A DNA stretch of 63,743 nt, counting the filler, from Octopus bimaculoides (lineage: Eukaryota), in the NCBI RefSeq assembly GCF_001194135.2. It is 6 parts of 6 records of this genome, joined end to end, with 100 filler letters (N's around TTAATTAATTAA, not from the genome) between each part and the next. Parts side by side here need not be neighbours in the genome. Positions count along the whole stretch, not along the records: positions 44,290 to 58,463 come from NC_068997.1; positions 58,564 to 62,297 come from NC_068994.1; positions 62,398 to 63,743 come from NW_026369151.1; 3 more parts are not named here. The stretch is one strand, 5' to 3'. Positions 50,165-63,743 of the stretch are shown one piece after another (position 1 is the stretch's first letter; the number at the start of each line of letters is the position of its first letter). A model generated the notes under the pieces. That model was not told where the DNA came from, made no database searches, and saw only the letters and a list, made by a program, of their open reading frames with translations. The translations under genes were made by a program, and so were the position numbers.

Positions 50165-50263
50165 GGCACACACGAAGTGCACACATACACACCTACATAT
50201 ATGTATCATGCATACATGCATACATACATGCACACATACATACATGCACACATACATACATGC

Positions 50264-50310
<47 letters not shown>

Positions 50311-50479
50311 CATTTCTTTTATTAGCCACACAGGGGTCAACAAAGATGGGACACATACAATGTAGAGCTTTTCTTTTTNNNNNNNNNNNNNNNNNNNNNN
50401 NNNNTAGGGGTGTGTCGATCAAAAGGGATCGTAGGAAGGGAAAAAGGGGGGAGTTCGATCAAAATGGATCGAGAAAAAA

Positions 50480-50521
<42 letters not shown>

Positions 50522-50911
50522 CGGCATACATACATACATACAAAATTAAATAAAATAGTATTGAAATCTATGTTTCACATTAAAAACATCCAGTGGAATA
50601 AAAGAGGCAATTTTAAACGATTAGATTGCTAATTCATGGGTCAGGTGTTCACTTCTGCCAAAAGTATTTTGCTGTATGTGTGTCTCACTAAGCAGTCAGG
50701 TGTATGTTATTCGATCAAGTGAAAGAATACAGTATTTCTGTCTTTGTTGTTAGATCAAGTTGGCTCTGAAAGGCTCAATGATCAACTCTGTACCATTAGC
50801 ATAACTATGTCTCCCTCTATGTATGTATGTACAACCTTAGTTTCAGGCACAAATACACATTTATATGCATATAGGATGACATTCAGAAGACAAAACACAC
50901 ACACAGATAGG

Positions 50912-50962
<51 letters not shown>

Positions 50963-51067
50963 GGTGGATATATATATATATACATGTATATATGTATGCA
51001 TGAATGTATGTATATATATATATATATGCATATATAGGTATATTTATATGTGTGTATATGTATATGA

Positions 51068-51103
<36 letters not shown>

Positions 51104-52949
51104 NNNNNNNNNNNNNNNNNNNNNNNNNNNNNNNNNNNNNNNNNNNNNNNNNNNNNNNNNNNNNNNNNNNNNNNNNNNNNNNNNNNNNNNNNNNNNNNNN
51201 NNNNNNNNNNNNNNNNNNNNNNNNNNNNNNNNNNNNNNNNNNNNNNNNNNNNNNNNNNNNNNNNNNNNNNNNNNNNNNNNNNNNNNNNNNNNNNNNNNNN
51301 NNNNNNNNNNNNNNNNNNNNNNNNNNNNNNNNNNNNNNNNNNNNNNNNNNNNNNNNNNNNNNNNNNNNNNNNNNNNNNNNNNNNNNNNNNNNNNNNNNNN
51401 NNNNNNNNNNNNNNNNNNNNNNNNNNNNNNNNNNNNNNNNNNNNNNNNNNNNNNNNNNNNNNNNNNNNNNNNNNNNNNNNNNNNNNNNNNNNNNNNNNNN
51501 NNNNNNNNNNNNNNNNNNNNNNNNNNNNNNNNNNNNNNNNNNNNNNNNNNNNNNNNNNNNNNNNNNNNNNNNNNNNNNNNNNNNNNNNNNNNNNNNNNNN
51601 NNNNNNNNNNNNNNNNNNNNNNNNNNNNNNNNNNNNNNNNNNNNNNNNNNNNNNNNNNNNNNNNNNNNNNNNNNNNNNNNNNNNNNNNNNNNNNNNNNNN
51701 NNNNNNNNNNNNNNNNNNNNNNNNNNNNNNNNATACTTGTGTTTATATGCGCAAGCAAAAATGCATAAATGTATTAATTACAAAGGTTTTACGTCCACAT
51801 ACCGCTGTCCACATTTCTTTATACATGAAAACGTACACACCCGCCGACGCTGTAACACACACATACACATCTCGTTTAGCATACACGCAATACACTCACA
51901 TATACAAATGTATATATAAACAGACTTATCTTATGGGCATTGGTTAAACATATTAATAACTCCCTTCTCTCTCCTATTGTGTCATACATCATTGATTCAA
52001 ATATGTTGCTCACTAGCTTCAGTGGTTTCCGCTTCGTTGAGCTCAACCCAACCACCGCCCACACCAACCCCCTCCAGCATACACAGTCAAGGACTCTTAA
52101 ACACACTCTCCCCATCTCGTCATACGGTGACACAGATGCACACTTACTTACACCTACCACGTACACCTACATCGTGTCCAATTGTACATGTGTACACATG
52201 CAGGTGAACGCGGGTTACTGTCATTAAACATGACATCTTAATAAATTCTTGCCGTTAATGTAACAGATAACATGGCTACGATATGATTGAGCTAATCTGG
52301 TTTTGTTGTTCAAACATACAGGAGCAGCCGCCTTCAGCACCATACTGTCACTCCGAAAGAAAATGATATCCTCTTCTAATAAATATATAATAAATAATGA
52401 TTTCTAATACAGGCACAAGGATTCACATAATCGCAATCGATTATGGTGAATCCAGTACTTCCTTGATTGGTACTTATTTTAAATAGTACACAGCATTTTA
52501 CCCGGCGCCCTAACGAGTCTATCAATTTACACTGTGATGTCTAACTTAGACAGAAGGCCAGGAATTTAGTGGAGAGGGGGTAGAATAGTCGATTATATAG
52601 ATCTCCAACGCCTGACTGTTCCTTTCTTTTTTTCTCGACGCTGGAAGAATAAAATGGTAAATAGGCTTTAGCGTGATTTCATCTCAGAATATATAGAGTC
52701 ACAACATTGACTGCAATTATTTTGTCTAGGACTTCGTTGTATTTGTCCGTCTTTCCTAGATCATGTGTGGTCCTTTAAAACCCGTTCATGCCATCTTTTT
52801 GTTGTTGCTTTTTTTTTCTTCAGTCATAGTATATCTAGAACTACATTTATCCTCCTTTTTAAAGGTTGCAAGATATCATTTAATGTATTCTTTATCAATT
52901 ACCGTGGATGAAATGAATTGAAGCAATTTCGAATTACTCTATGTCACAA

Positions 52950-53055
52950 GCGTGGTTGTGTGGTTAACAGGCACTCGCTTTGCAGCCACACGCTTTTGGG
53001 TTCAGTCCCACTGCGTGGCACTTTGAACAAATGTCTTCTAATATATCTCTGGGCC
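52950..53055 (+). mobile_element. SINE family A head
   Basis: gcgtggttgtgtggttaa..gggttcagtcccactgcgtggcactttgaacaaatgtcttcta. Confidence 0.75.
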
Positions 53056-54061
53056 TACTCCTGTAGTGTTTTAAATGCTGCATGTTCATGGTCAGATCAC
53101 CTTTTGATCATAGCATGTTCGCTTGATCCAAGTTGACTTCAGGCTAAAGAGCAACAACCTGGAATAGATCTGAGTTTATAATTAAACGCCTAACAATCCA
53201 GCAGTATCCAACGTAACTGATCTTCTGTAAAGCGTTTTACTTTGTAACGAAGCCAACAAAGTGACAGAAGCCGGAACAGAGAATGCCTTACATTATTTTC
53301 ATTTCCAGTCTTGATTTTCCATGGTCAAATCCATTTGGGTCGGACTATACATTTATCATTCCTGATTCTTTAAAATATTACTGAGAGTTAATTCTATTGA
53401 CCATTACCATCCTCTACCAATCTGTAGACTTTTAGTTGATTTAATAAGTCATAATTGATGTTTAATGAAATCTCCCCATATCTTAATATTGTTTTCTTCT
53501 GTTCGTTAACTCACCCCACGCCGAATTTGAAAATGTATTATTCAGCTATTCAGTACTCCCCACATCCGTTTTAGGGGGGGGGGGGAGAGTTTGAGAAGAG
53601 TGGGCGGGGTTAGTGTAGTTAATGTTACATTAACTGTGTTTGAAGTTATTAATCATTAATTAGTTGAAATGGCAATTTCATTAAGGGAAAAAATAAAGAA
53701 ATGATTTCTGTGAAAATTTAATTTATCTTGCATTAAAATTTTTAATTATTCCAGCATAATGACGTTTCAAGTGCACCAATTCCATAGCTCTGGGAGAGAA
53801 AAACAAAAGGAAAATCTAATTTTCATTTCTAACATGGGGACACGTTTTGAGAGGAAGGAAAATAATCAGTTTCATCAACCCCCAATATATGACTACTACG
53901 TATTGTAATCACCACAGGGCAACAATATGACTTGGTTAGCCACCAATAATATTTAAATTCGTAATGTAAGTTTATGAGAAATGTAGCTAAGGATCATGGT
54001 TGACAAAATCCTCCAAGTACGCTTAAAGACCATTCGATGTATTAAGTTACCTCCCATCATA

Positions 54062-54272
54062 TTTTGAGCAAGTGTCATCTACTATAGCCTCGGGCTGACC
54101 AAAGCCTTGTGAGTGGATTTGGTAGACGGAAACTGAAAGAAGCTTGTCGTACATATATTTACATGTGTGTGCGTGTATGCGTGCATGTGTGTGTATGTGT
54201 GTGTGTGTATGGGTGTGNNNNNNNNNNNNNNNNNNNNNNNNNNNNNNNNNNNNNNNNNNNNNNNNNNNNNNN

Positions 54273-54314
<42 letters not shown>

Positions 54315-54527
54315 TTTGCGTCTGTGTTTGTCCTCCACCACCGCTTTACAACCGGCGCTGGTTTGTTTACGTTCCTGTTACTTAGCGGTTCGGCAAAAAT
54401 ACCGATAGAATAAGTACCAGGCTTAAAGAAAAAAAAATAATTGCTGAGGTCAATTCATTCGAATAAATCTTCTTGAAGGGAATGCTCTAGCATGGATGCA
54501 GTCTAAAGACTGAAAACAGAGAAAAGA
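54062..54527 (+). mobile_element. SINE family A, 5'-truncated, gap in its internal (TG)n
   Basis: gagcaagtgtcatctactatagcctcgggctgaccaaagccttgtgagtggatttggtagacggaaactgaaagaagc..cttagcggttcggcaaaa..gatagaataagtacc. Confidence 0.85.
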
Positions 54528-54772
54528 TCGGTAAACATGCGGAGTTCAACGCAGTAGGTTGTATTTTCGGTGGCGTTCAGTCAATGCAGTTTCGAGAAGA
54601 AGCTCCTTTTGAACTGAGCCTGAATCCAGTTCTGACTCCCGGATCAAACCTCCATTTTATTCACATCACTAATGCTCTTCAGAAATACATTAAGGTCACA
54701 GAATCTCATTTACATGTAAAAGACAAAATCATAAAATAAATATCCAACTCCGCCGTGCTGTGCAAGAGAAAG

Positions 54773-54833
<61 letters not shown>

Positions 54834-55746
54834 TGTATTTCTCTCTCTTTCCTTCTCTCTCTTTTTCTCCCGACCTTGTCAGCTAGCTTCTATTGGCAGT
54901 CGTAGCTATTTCACTTTGCTTTCGTCGCTAATGTCACTCCGAATATGTGAGGATTTGTGCTAGATATAAATATTCATGAAGTAGGTAAGTGACTGGATCA
55001 CGATATAAAATAGGCTTTTGCGCTCTCCGTGGAATTTCATTTTTCATATGATTCTTACACAATAATGCCTAATGTATTAATGAATAGTGCTTCGGTATTT
55101 GTTTTTGAATGAAATCACAAAACAAACAACAAAACAATTAGAGAGAGAGAGAGAGAGAGAAAGAAAGAAAGAAAGAAAGATCATTAAAGATAGACAGAAT
55201 AAAAAAGGAAAGCAGTAAAGATGGAGAGAGTAAGAGAGGAAAAAAGAGTTGACATAGAATAAGAAAGGGGGGGGTAATAAAGATAGAAAGAATAAAAAAA
55301 GAAACGCAGCTAAGATAGAAACATAGAGATAGAGAGGGGGAGTGAGAGAGCGTGAGAGTAAGAGAGAAATTATAAAAGAAAATTATTAAAATCAATTGAT
55401 TGCTTCAATGTTAAAATTAATGGCTGCAGAATAACATTTTTTTTTTAATATAGCAATTAGAGCAAAGCTCTAATGACCTTGTTTCACAGGTAATTTCATT
55501 TACTCATAATTAGTCGTACAATTACACATACAAATAGCTACACATGCAAATTTTCAACACATCTAAAGGCATTTCTCTATGCAGGGACATTCCTGCACAT
55601 TTCAACATTATCATGCTTGCTGTTCCGGTATTATCGCACAAAATGCATCAAAAACTTTCATTTTTTTTTTTATAATTTTTGCTATATATTTTTTTATCGC
55701 TTTTAATTATCTTTCCATGGATATTGATATGAATTATTATTGTTAA

Positions 55747-55797
<51 letters not shown>

Positions 55798-57153
55798 TAT
55801 TATTATTGCAAGACAAATATCTTTAAAAAAATAAATAAATGAACATAAATGTTTTTTTAAGCATTATCTAAATGGAGAGAGGGGAAAAGGCTAATAGAAT
55901 TAGAAAATAAAACAAAATGAAGTCAAATATTCGATGGATAAATTATAAAAATCTCTGCTCACTATGTTGTTTATAAACGCTGCTGGTTTCAGCAGGATTT
56001 AATCGCAAATGGTAGAGCCGATGGGTGAGAATGCTTCTAGAGTTGACTCAACTGCTGGAAATAACACCTCAATTATAACTCAAATCATGCCCCATAATGT
56101 TTGAAAAGGAAAGACATGTTAGATAACATAGTACTCGAAATACTGTGCATGGAAATAGGCAAAAAGAGAAACGAAAGGCAAATCGATCATGACCAAAATA
56201 CCTTTGATCATAGGATAGCTCACTGAGCGTTGCTCTGAGGTTGAACAACGACAACAACTATAACAACAACAGCAATAGTAAATACACGAGCCAATGAAAG
56301 ATTCTCTATGAGGTCGTTTGACTTATTAGAATTATATTCCACATCTTTCAGCTCACTCATTAGTCTCATAAAATAGGAAGTACAGATTGTATAATGCAGT
56401 CCCGTATATACGTATCGATACGTGTGTGTTTGTGTGTATGAATATATATATTTTTTCCTCGCTTGAATTTCTTTCTTTCCTTTTCATCTGCCACACACAG
56501 ATCACACGATCAATTCTTGTCTGTCTCCTCTCCCGTCAAAGCTTATTCCTCCAGTGTTCGTCACCTCACCTCGTTAGCAGCCCTTACTGTTTGTTTTCAC
56601 TGTCCTGTTTTTTGTTACCAACTTTGACCCTCCTCAAATCCCCTGTTGTACTCCTTCGCCCCAACTTTCTCTCACTGTTTCTTGAGTATAAAGCTGCGGT
56701 GCACTGGCGTCCCGTCCACCTAGGGGGGAACACATACGCTCTCTCTCTATATATATATAGCTATGCATACATAACGCAGAGACGGAATGGTAACAGTCGA
56801 AACGTCTTTGAGTCTTTGATTATATAACACTAGTTCCGCCTGAACATGGCAGCCTTGAGGATAAAAAATACTGCAGCAGTAGTAGCATCAATACGACAAC
56901 AACAACTATGATTAATCTAACAGCACCAGTATATAAATATACATAAATACAAACTTTCTCATATAGCCGTGGAATTGGTCCCTCGTAAAGTCATTGGAGT
57001 CTAAGTTCAAATCCTTTCAGCGCTACGACGTGTTTTCTATACCGTGGACCTCTGGATCTCATCAACTTTTTTCCGTCTTATAAGGGTAAAATACCCAATC
57101 TGTCTGCTATTTTCATGGCTACACTGCGTTCGATATTTACTTTCTTGTCTGTA

Positions 57154-57230
<77 letters not shown>
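57154..57230. repeat. (TG)n microsatellite
   Basis: Directly visible. Confidence 0.95.
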
Positions 57231-57233
<3 letters not shown>

Positions 57234-58399
57234 ATGTAACTGTATCACTTTGATTCTGCATGAAAATAATATTAATTACGCGTCTCTGGATTGTTCACCC
57301 ACTTACATGCTAGTCTAAGGGCTTGAACTGAATCCCTATCATCGAAAACTTATTAGACAAAACCTATTTAATACATACTATTAGTGTATTATTATAGAAC
57401 AATGATGCTTCAAAACCCCTTTTTTGTCTTTCCCTTTTTTTTTAGAAGACACTGCTCAAAATTTACAATGATTAAGTTCAAGGCCACGAAATCTATATTT
57501 ACTTTTATTTTATGCTTACAAACAAGACAGTAAGATATAAGTTAAGAAATCCTACGTAGAATACAATAATATGATACATGTAAATTTACTTTTCAGTGAT
57601 TTAGATTTTAGATCTTTGATTGAATTTTGCAAAACAAAGATCGTGTAGTGACGGTCCATTGTTATAAAACTCGACGTAGGCCACCAAAGCATTAGTATGA
57701 AACACTGTTCATCCATTTAGACTACGTTGTGTATTTCTATCTTTGAATACCACACTAGACTTACTTTAGAAAATAGCATACACATTTCTTGTGCTCCCAT
57801 GATAAAATGCGGCGTCTATTGTGTACTTAATTCTTAAATAAACATTCTTGGTTCATTCGCAGTTTAATTTTATATCGTGCCCATCTCTAAGATAAGCATT
57901 ATTGTTTCTTCAATCATTAAAGGAGTATCTACCCTTTGATAAAAAAAATTACCTTGTTTCTGATAAATTGTTCTAGTTTATTTCTGTTCTGTTGTTTGTA
58001 GGTACATCATATATAATGGACCTACATGTATATACATTATATACTCTACGTGTGAATGTAATATGCTCGTGATAAACACTTAAATTATGTACATTTATCA
58101 TTAATTACTAAAATATTAGTATGATCAGTTTGAAATGGGGATTGCATTTTATATCTAACTCGAGCGTGGTACCAAATCTGCACAAGTCTGTATACATACA
58201 TACATACATACATACATACATACATACATACATGCATGCATGCATACATACATACATGCATGCATACATAGATACGTATACAAACATACGTACATGCACA
58301 TACGTACATGCGCACATACATGTATGTATAACACTGATTAAATCACTTTTTTATATATAATGATCTCTCTCTCCCTCTGTCTTTCTCTCTCTCACTCTG

Positions 58400-58463
<64 letters not shown>

Positions 58464-58857
58464 NNNNNNNNNNNNNNNNNNNNNNNNNNNNNNNNNNNNN
58501 NNNNNNNTTAATTAATTAANNNNNNNNNNNNNNNNNNNNNNNNNNNNNNNNNNNNNNNNNNNNGAAAAAAAAAAGAAAATGAAAAAAGCAAATTTAAAAT
58601 GAAAAAAGCAAATAAAACGAAGCTATGGCTTAATCAGCCAAAGGAGTAAATGTAAACAACTGAATACTTGTCAGTGATTGGTTGAAATTATCGAAATAAG
58701 ACAATTTTTTACATGAAATAAATTCGAATACAAAAATATTTTTCTGTTCTATAACACAAAATAGATAAGTATACGAAGTTTGAAAGTCTTTCGGTACCAA
58801 AAACACTACGTAAAACATTAATGAAAAATGTGGCCCCCGTTTTAAAAAAGATCCCCG

Positions 58858-59712
58858 TTAGCTTGCTTTCTCGATTTCAACACGTGTATAAATTTTCGAT
58901 TTTTAAAATGGTGAGACGATTTAGTGTCCATTTTCAGCATATAGGCTATAAATTAAGATTATAATTATATATATGATTTTACCTTAATCGGTCTATGTTT
59001 ATATGCTGGCCACTGATAAATTTTCTTTTTAATTTTATCCTTCATTATTATAACTGAAAAATTTCTATTCACTTCGGGACAACATAGTCCCTTATGTGCT
59101 ACTGCAACTGAATACACACGTGCTGAGGTAAGCCGCAGAATTTGTTCTTGGAAGTAACTGAGGTGTTTAAATGTATTTATAGCTTTGCGCTTACTTTCCT
59201 GTGGGTATGTATAAATATCTCATTTATTTCCTGTATGTATGCTCTGCTGATGAGGAAAATCCATTATGAAAATCCAGAAATTAGCTAATCCAGGGCTAGC
59301 TATATTGTTGTTAATTGCCTTTAGCTTGTTCCCTCGATTTCAACACGTGTGTAAATTTGTGGCTTTTAAAGTGGTATGACGATTTAGCGTCTATTTTCAG
59401 CATATAGGCTATAAATTTTTTCTATCCCCTTAATTATAATTATATCTATAATTTTACCTCAGTCGGTCTCTTTTTTTATATGCTGGCCACTGATAAAATT
59501 TTTAAACATTTAAAAAATTTTATTCTTTATTATTATACTTCTGTGGTTTTTAAAGTGGTGAGACGATTTAGCGTCTCTTATCAGCATATAGGGTAGAAAT
59601 TTTTTCTATGGTCTTAATTAGAATTATATGTATGATTTCACCTTAATCGGGCTATTTCTCAAATCCTGGCCACTGATAATTTTTTAAATTTTACCCTTTA
59701 TTATTATTATTA
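58858..59712. repeat. Three direct copies of a ~170-215-bp unit (58858-59052, 59321-59538, 59541-59712)
   Basis: All share ttaaa.tggt..gacgatttag.gtc..tt.tcagcatatagg..ccttaatcgg..ctggccactgata..(tta)n. Confidence 0.85.
59241..59296 (+). ncRNA. Type I hammerhead ribozyme-like fold
   Basis: GCTCTG - CTGATGA - GGA(16 nt)TCC a - GAAA - TTAGCTAA - TC - CAGGGC. Helix I is 6 bp with one G.U; helix III is the perfect palindrome ATTAGCTAAT; predicted AUC cleavage after 59290. Confidence 0.7.
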
Positions 59713-60092
59713 TTGTTCAGTCGTTTTATTTTTATAACGTGCTTTCACTTCACTACCGAGCGCAGGTCTGTGCGCCTTGGGTATGTGCTGTGGTTTGCTG
59801 TGGTGCTCTTATGTTTACTGTATTGAAAGTGTTTTGCGTAGAATGTGTGCAGTACCCAGTAGTGCAATTTTTTGTATGTTATATATATTTGTAAGTCCTG
59901 GTGTTTTTGTTATGTATTTGTCTGAATATCTTTTTATTATACTTATGATAGGAATTGTTTCTGTTTTTAGATTCCACATTCGAGTTATCTCTATTTCCAG
60001 GTCTTTGTATTTTGAAAGTTTTTTCCATTTCTTTTAGAGAAACTTTGTCATCTGCTGGTATTGATACATCAATTAGAAAGCATTTCTTTTCT
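59695..60092 (-). mobile_element. R4/Dong-type LINE, 3' end with (AAT)n tail
   Basis: KKCFLIDVSIPADDKVSLKEMEK / SKYKDLEIEITRMWNLKTETIPII..IQKIALLGTAHILRKTLSIQ*. Confidence 0.9.
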
Positions 60093-60472
60093 TNNNNNNN
60101 NNNNNNNNNNNNNNNNNNNNNNNNNNNNNNNNNNNNNNNNNNNNNNNNNNNNNNNNNNNNNNNNNNNNNNNNNNNNNNNNNNNNNNNNNNNNNNNNNNNN
60201 NNNNNNNNNNNNNNNNNNNNNNNNNNNNNNNNNNNNNNNNNNNNNNNNNNNNNNNNNNNNNNNNNNNNNNNNNNNNNNNNNNNNNNNNNNNNNNNNNNNN
60301 NNNNNNNNNNNNNNNNNNNNNNNNNNNNNNNNNNNNNNNNNNNNNNNNNNNNNNNNNNNNNNNNNNNNNNNNNNNNNNNNNNNNNNNNNNNNNNNNNNNN
60401 NNNNNNNNNNNNNNNNNNNNNNNNNNNNNNNNNNNNNNNNNNNNNNNNNNNNNNNNNNNNNNNNNNATATAT

Positions 60473-60527
<55 letters not shown>

Positions 60528-61725
60528 TAATAATAAAATCATATTATCTCTGGCTGCCCAGTCCTGGCTAAGAAGGAATATATTCACAGACGCATCGTTA
60601 AAATGGCTCTTCCCACGGACACAAATTAAATTTGTTCCATTGAGGATAGTGGCGGACGGAAAGCAAGACAGGAAAACGAAACAGTGAAATAGACAAACAA
60701 AAATGGCTATACGGCCAGACGTGAAAAAGTATGTGTATATTGTTTGCTGTAAAGCACGAACTAGAATGACGAAAAAGTACGTGCGAGCTTGGGGAGACCA
60801 AGATATGAAAACAATGAGTGACCAGACACATGTGACCAGTGAGGGGTAAGGAGAAAGTGTGGTAGAGGGAGAAAAAGGGGAGGAAGTAGAATATAAGTGA
60901 GCAACGAGAGAGAGAGATATAGTAGTGAAGGGGATAGGCGAAGAACAATAGAAGGAAGAATGAGAGGGGGAGATAGATACAAAGATAGAAAGAGTCGCGT
61001 CAGAAAAATAAAGTTCAAAACTTACTTGCAAGGGTAACGCGTGCGTTCGATCGTGTAATACAAATAATATATGAGTATATGCATAAAATAAGAAAATAGA
61101 GATAAAACATCAATTATTATTTATTGATTACAGAAAAAAATATCTCATCTAAAAACTTTTTCTGTTCGCGCTTCTTGGGGCATAATCACGCCTAATTATT
61201 ACAACGATAATAATTATCACTGTTAATAATTATACCAACTTAAATAGTGGAATTTCATCAGAGCGGCAAAATAAGGAAAAGGAAAAGAAAGAGAAAAAGA
61301 GAAAATAAGGATATACCAATTGATGTTACATGCTATGTTACATGCTATTCAACAGCTGTTAGATGAGATATTGTCTTTTCTTTAAATCAATAAAAATTAA
61401 TAAAGGACTGAACCAGTGCGTGTGTTTATTACCGTCATAATGCTTCTCCCAAGGTTTAATTGTATTTATTTCAACACACGTATCCACATCAAGAATCTTG
61501 CACACTAAATACACATACGAAATATAATAAATGATGTTTTATCAATTATCGATTTTATCTCTATTTTCTTATTTTTCCTTAAATATAAACTTCGGTTTAT
61601 TCCTTTCCTTACGTATAATTTATGAGCATTAATACTAATACTCATAATCACAAATGGGTAATACACCAGTAATTCATTGGGTATAAATATCCCTTAGACG
61701 GTTTATATAACCTCTAATTGAACTC

Positions 61726-61767
<42 letters not shown>

Positions 61768-61774
61768 GGGGGGG

Positions 61775-62167
61775 GAGTGGCAGTGTGGTAAGTAGCTTCC
61801 TTACGAACCACATGGTTCCGGGTTCAGTCCCACTGCGTAACACCTTGGGCAAGTGTCTTCTACTATAGCCTCGGGCCGACCAAAGCCTTGTGAGTGGATT
61901 TGCTAGACGGAAACTGAAAGAAGCCTGTGGTATCCATGTATATATATATGTATGTTTGTGTATATGTTTGTGTGTCTGTGTTTGTCTCCCCAACATCGCT
62001 TGACAACCGATGCTGGTGTGTTTACGTCCCCGTAACTTAGCGGTTCGGCAAAAGAGACCGATAGAATAAGTACTAGGCTTACAAAGAATAAGCCCTGGGT
62101 CGATTTGCTCGACTAAAGGTGGTGCTCCAGCATGGCCACAGTCAAATGACTGAAACAAGTAAAAGAG
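61775..62167 (+). mobile_element. SINE family A, best-preserved full-length copy
   Basis: Head gtgtggtaag..ggttccgggttcagtcccactgc; ccttgggcaagtgtcttctactatagcctcggg; internal TA/TG tract; tail ggtggtgctccagcatggccacagtcaaatgactgaaacaagtaaaag. Confidence 0.9.
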
Positions 62168-62404
62168 TATATATGAGATAGTGGTACACCAATGCACCAA
62201 TATTTACTGGATAAAGAAAGAGCGGGCACCGCCGCCGAGCAAACCGTCGAGGAGTAGGAGGAGGATGCTCGTCGCGGCGGCAATGCAGCAACACCCGNNN
62301 NNNNNNNNNNNNNNNNNNNNNNNNNNNNNNNNNNNNNNNNNTTAATTAATTAANNNNNNNNNNNNNNNNNNNNNNNNNNNNNNNNNNNNNNNNNNNNTAT
62401 ATAT

Positions 62405-62567
62405 ATACGTCGGGCTTCTTTCAGTTTCCGCCTACCAAATCCACTCATAAGGCTTTGGTTGGTCTGAGGCCGTAGCAGAAGAGTCTTGCCCAAGGTGCCA
62501 CGCAGTGGGACTGAACCCGGAACGATGTGGTTTGGAAGCACGCTTCTTATTACTCAACCACGCTCGC
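62405..62567 (-). mobile_element. SINE family A, 5' half
   Basis: cgggcttctttcagtttccgcctaccaaatccactcataaggctttgg..ttgcccaaggtgccacgcagtgggactgaacccggaac. Confidence 0.85.
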
Positions 62568-63085
62568 ATCTGTTGTATGCACGTGTGTACGTACGTAGGC
62601 AAGTAATTGCCAGCGACGGAAATCTTAGCAAGGTATCTCGACCTGACATACATAACAGTCAAATACCTACCACCCCTCCACACCCTGACACAGAGATAGC
62701 CAACACTTTATATTCCTAACATCAATCTGTTCACCGATCTGTCTCGCTGCATCATTAAACCTTTCAATGAAATATGTTAATATAGATATAGTTGGCGTTT
62801 TTCCCATGATTTTGAAAAACAAATATGTAAACATTTGCATATTTTAATGAGAGTTTTTGGTGTAAGGTTTGGATTTTGATGTCGAGAAAGCTTTCATATT
62901 TGTATTGAAATTGGTTAGAGAGGAAGAAAGAAGCCGGGAATTTTTTCAAATTCGAATTAGTTCAAGCGTGGCATGGTTTTTGTTTTAGCAGATTCATCAA
63001 TGAAAAATGTTTGTTCACATTTGTCCACCGTTGCGGAACGAATGGATGTAACACCGGGGCAGAGGGACGAATTTTCTTCCTTCTG

Positions 63086-63119
<34 letters not shown>

Positions 63120-63743
63120 AAAGAAAAAAAGAAGGAAAAATGAGTGAAAAACAAAACAATAAATGTTCACACGGTAATGATCTCCGGGAATTAAAAATAA
63201 AGTCAATAGAATTCGGAAAGCAAGGAAAACTCAATCAAAATTTGGCTTCCAATAAGGAACTTGTTTGCTAATGAATAAGTTTGTCGTGAGTGTGATTGTT
63301 GTGGTGGTAGTTGCTGCTGCTGCTGCTGCCCCTGATGATGATGATGATGATGATGATGCTGGTGCTGTTGTAGGGTTGGTAAATGAAAATATAATTCTTG
63401 GGCTGTGTGAAAAAGTAACTAACAACACTCGGGAACAATTTGTAGATTTTATGGCGAAATTCTGATTTGAGCATCCCATAATCCACCGTAATTCTTTAAA
63501 AAAAAATTTTTTTTTTAATTTTCAGAATATTTCTGCGAATTTGTATTCTACCTATAGGAATTCATACGCTTATGCAAAAAGCAAAAGAAAAAAAAAATCT
63601 TTTCTGTGATTCAAGAGCTATTTGGCTGTTATTTTTTTAGCACAACCCACGACTACCTGATACCTTCCTTGTCTTTTTATCACTGACATATATTGATGTT
63701 TTTCAATATTTTTCTCACCTGCTGGTAAATGGAAATATATTTC

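Noticed and set aside
54955-54990. Possible 21-nt micro-exon tag|ATATAAATATTCATGAAGTAG|gtaagt; similar isolated donor sites near 23050 (+) and 37210 (-)
   Set aside because: Isolated splice-like motifs are expected by chance in 64 kb, and no consistent exon chain could be built.

Overview
AT-rich, gap-ridden eukaryotic draft sequence made up almost entirely of repeats. I can support no intact host protein-coding gene, and nearly all ORFs in the supplied track are microsatellite or N-run artefacts. The SINE families and the very dense (TA)n/(TATG)n/(GATA)n tracts suggest an octopus/coleoid cephalopod genome (inference from recall, not a database match). Contents: (1) three tRNA-head SINE families, here called A, B and C, in about 20 copies; (2) decayed retroelement fragments: three Penelope-like (RT/GIY-YIG), one HERO-like RT, two CR1-like 3' ends, three R4/Dong-type RLE-LINE pieces; (3) mariner fragments, several MITEs and a mini-Helitron-like insert; (4) a degenerate 42-bp palindromic tandem array and a 355-bp foldback. 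The most notable signal is four sequence-distinct type I hammerhead-ribozyme folds (11989 +, 25443 -, 27978 +, 59241 +). All have a short self-complementary helix III, as in the minimal hammerheads that cleave as dimers. The best one is canonical, with a GUC cleavage site, and sits inside a 267-bp non-coding element bounded by perfect 40-bp inverted repeats and packed with further hairpins. It is a candidate retrozyme-like or ribozyme-carrying mini-element. All structures were derived by eye; none was computed or tested.
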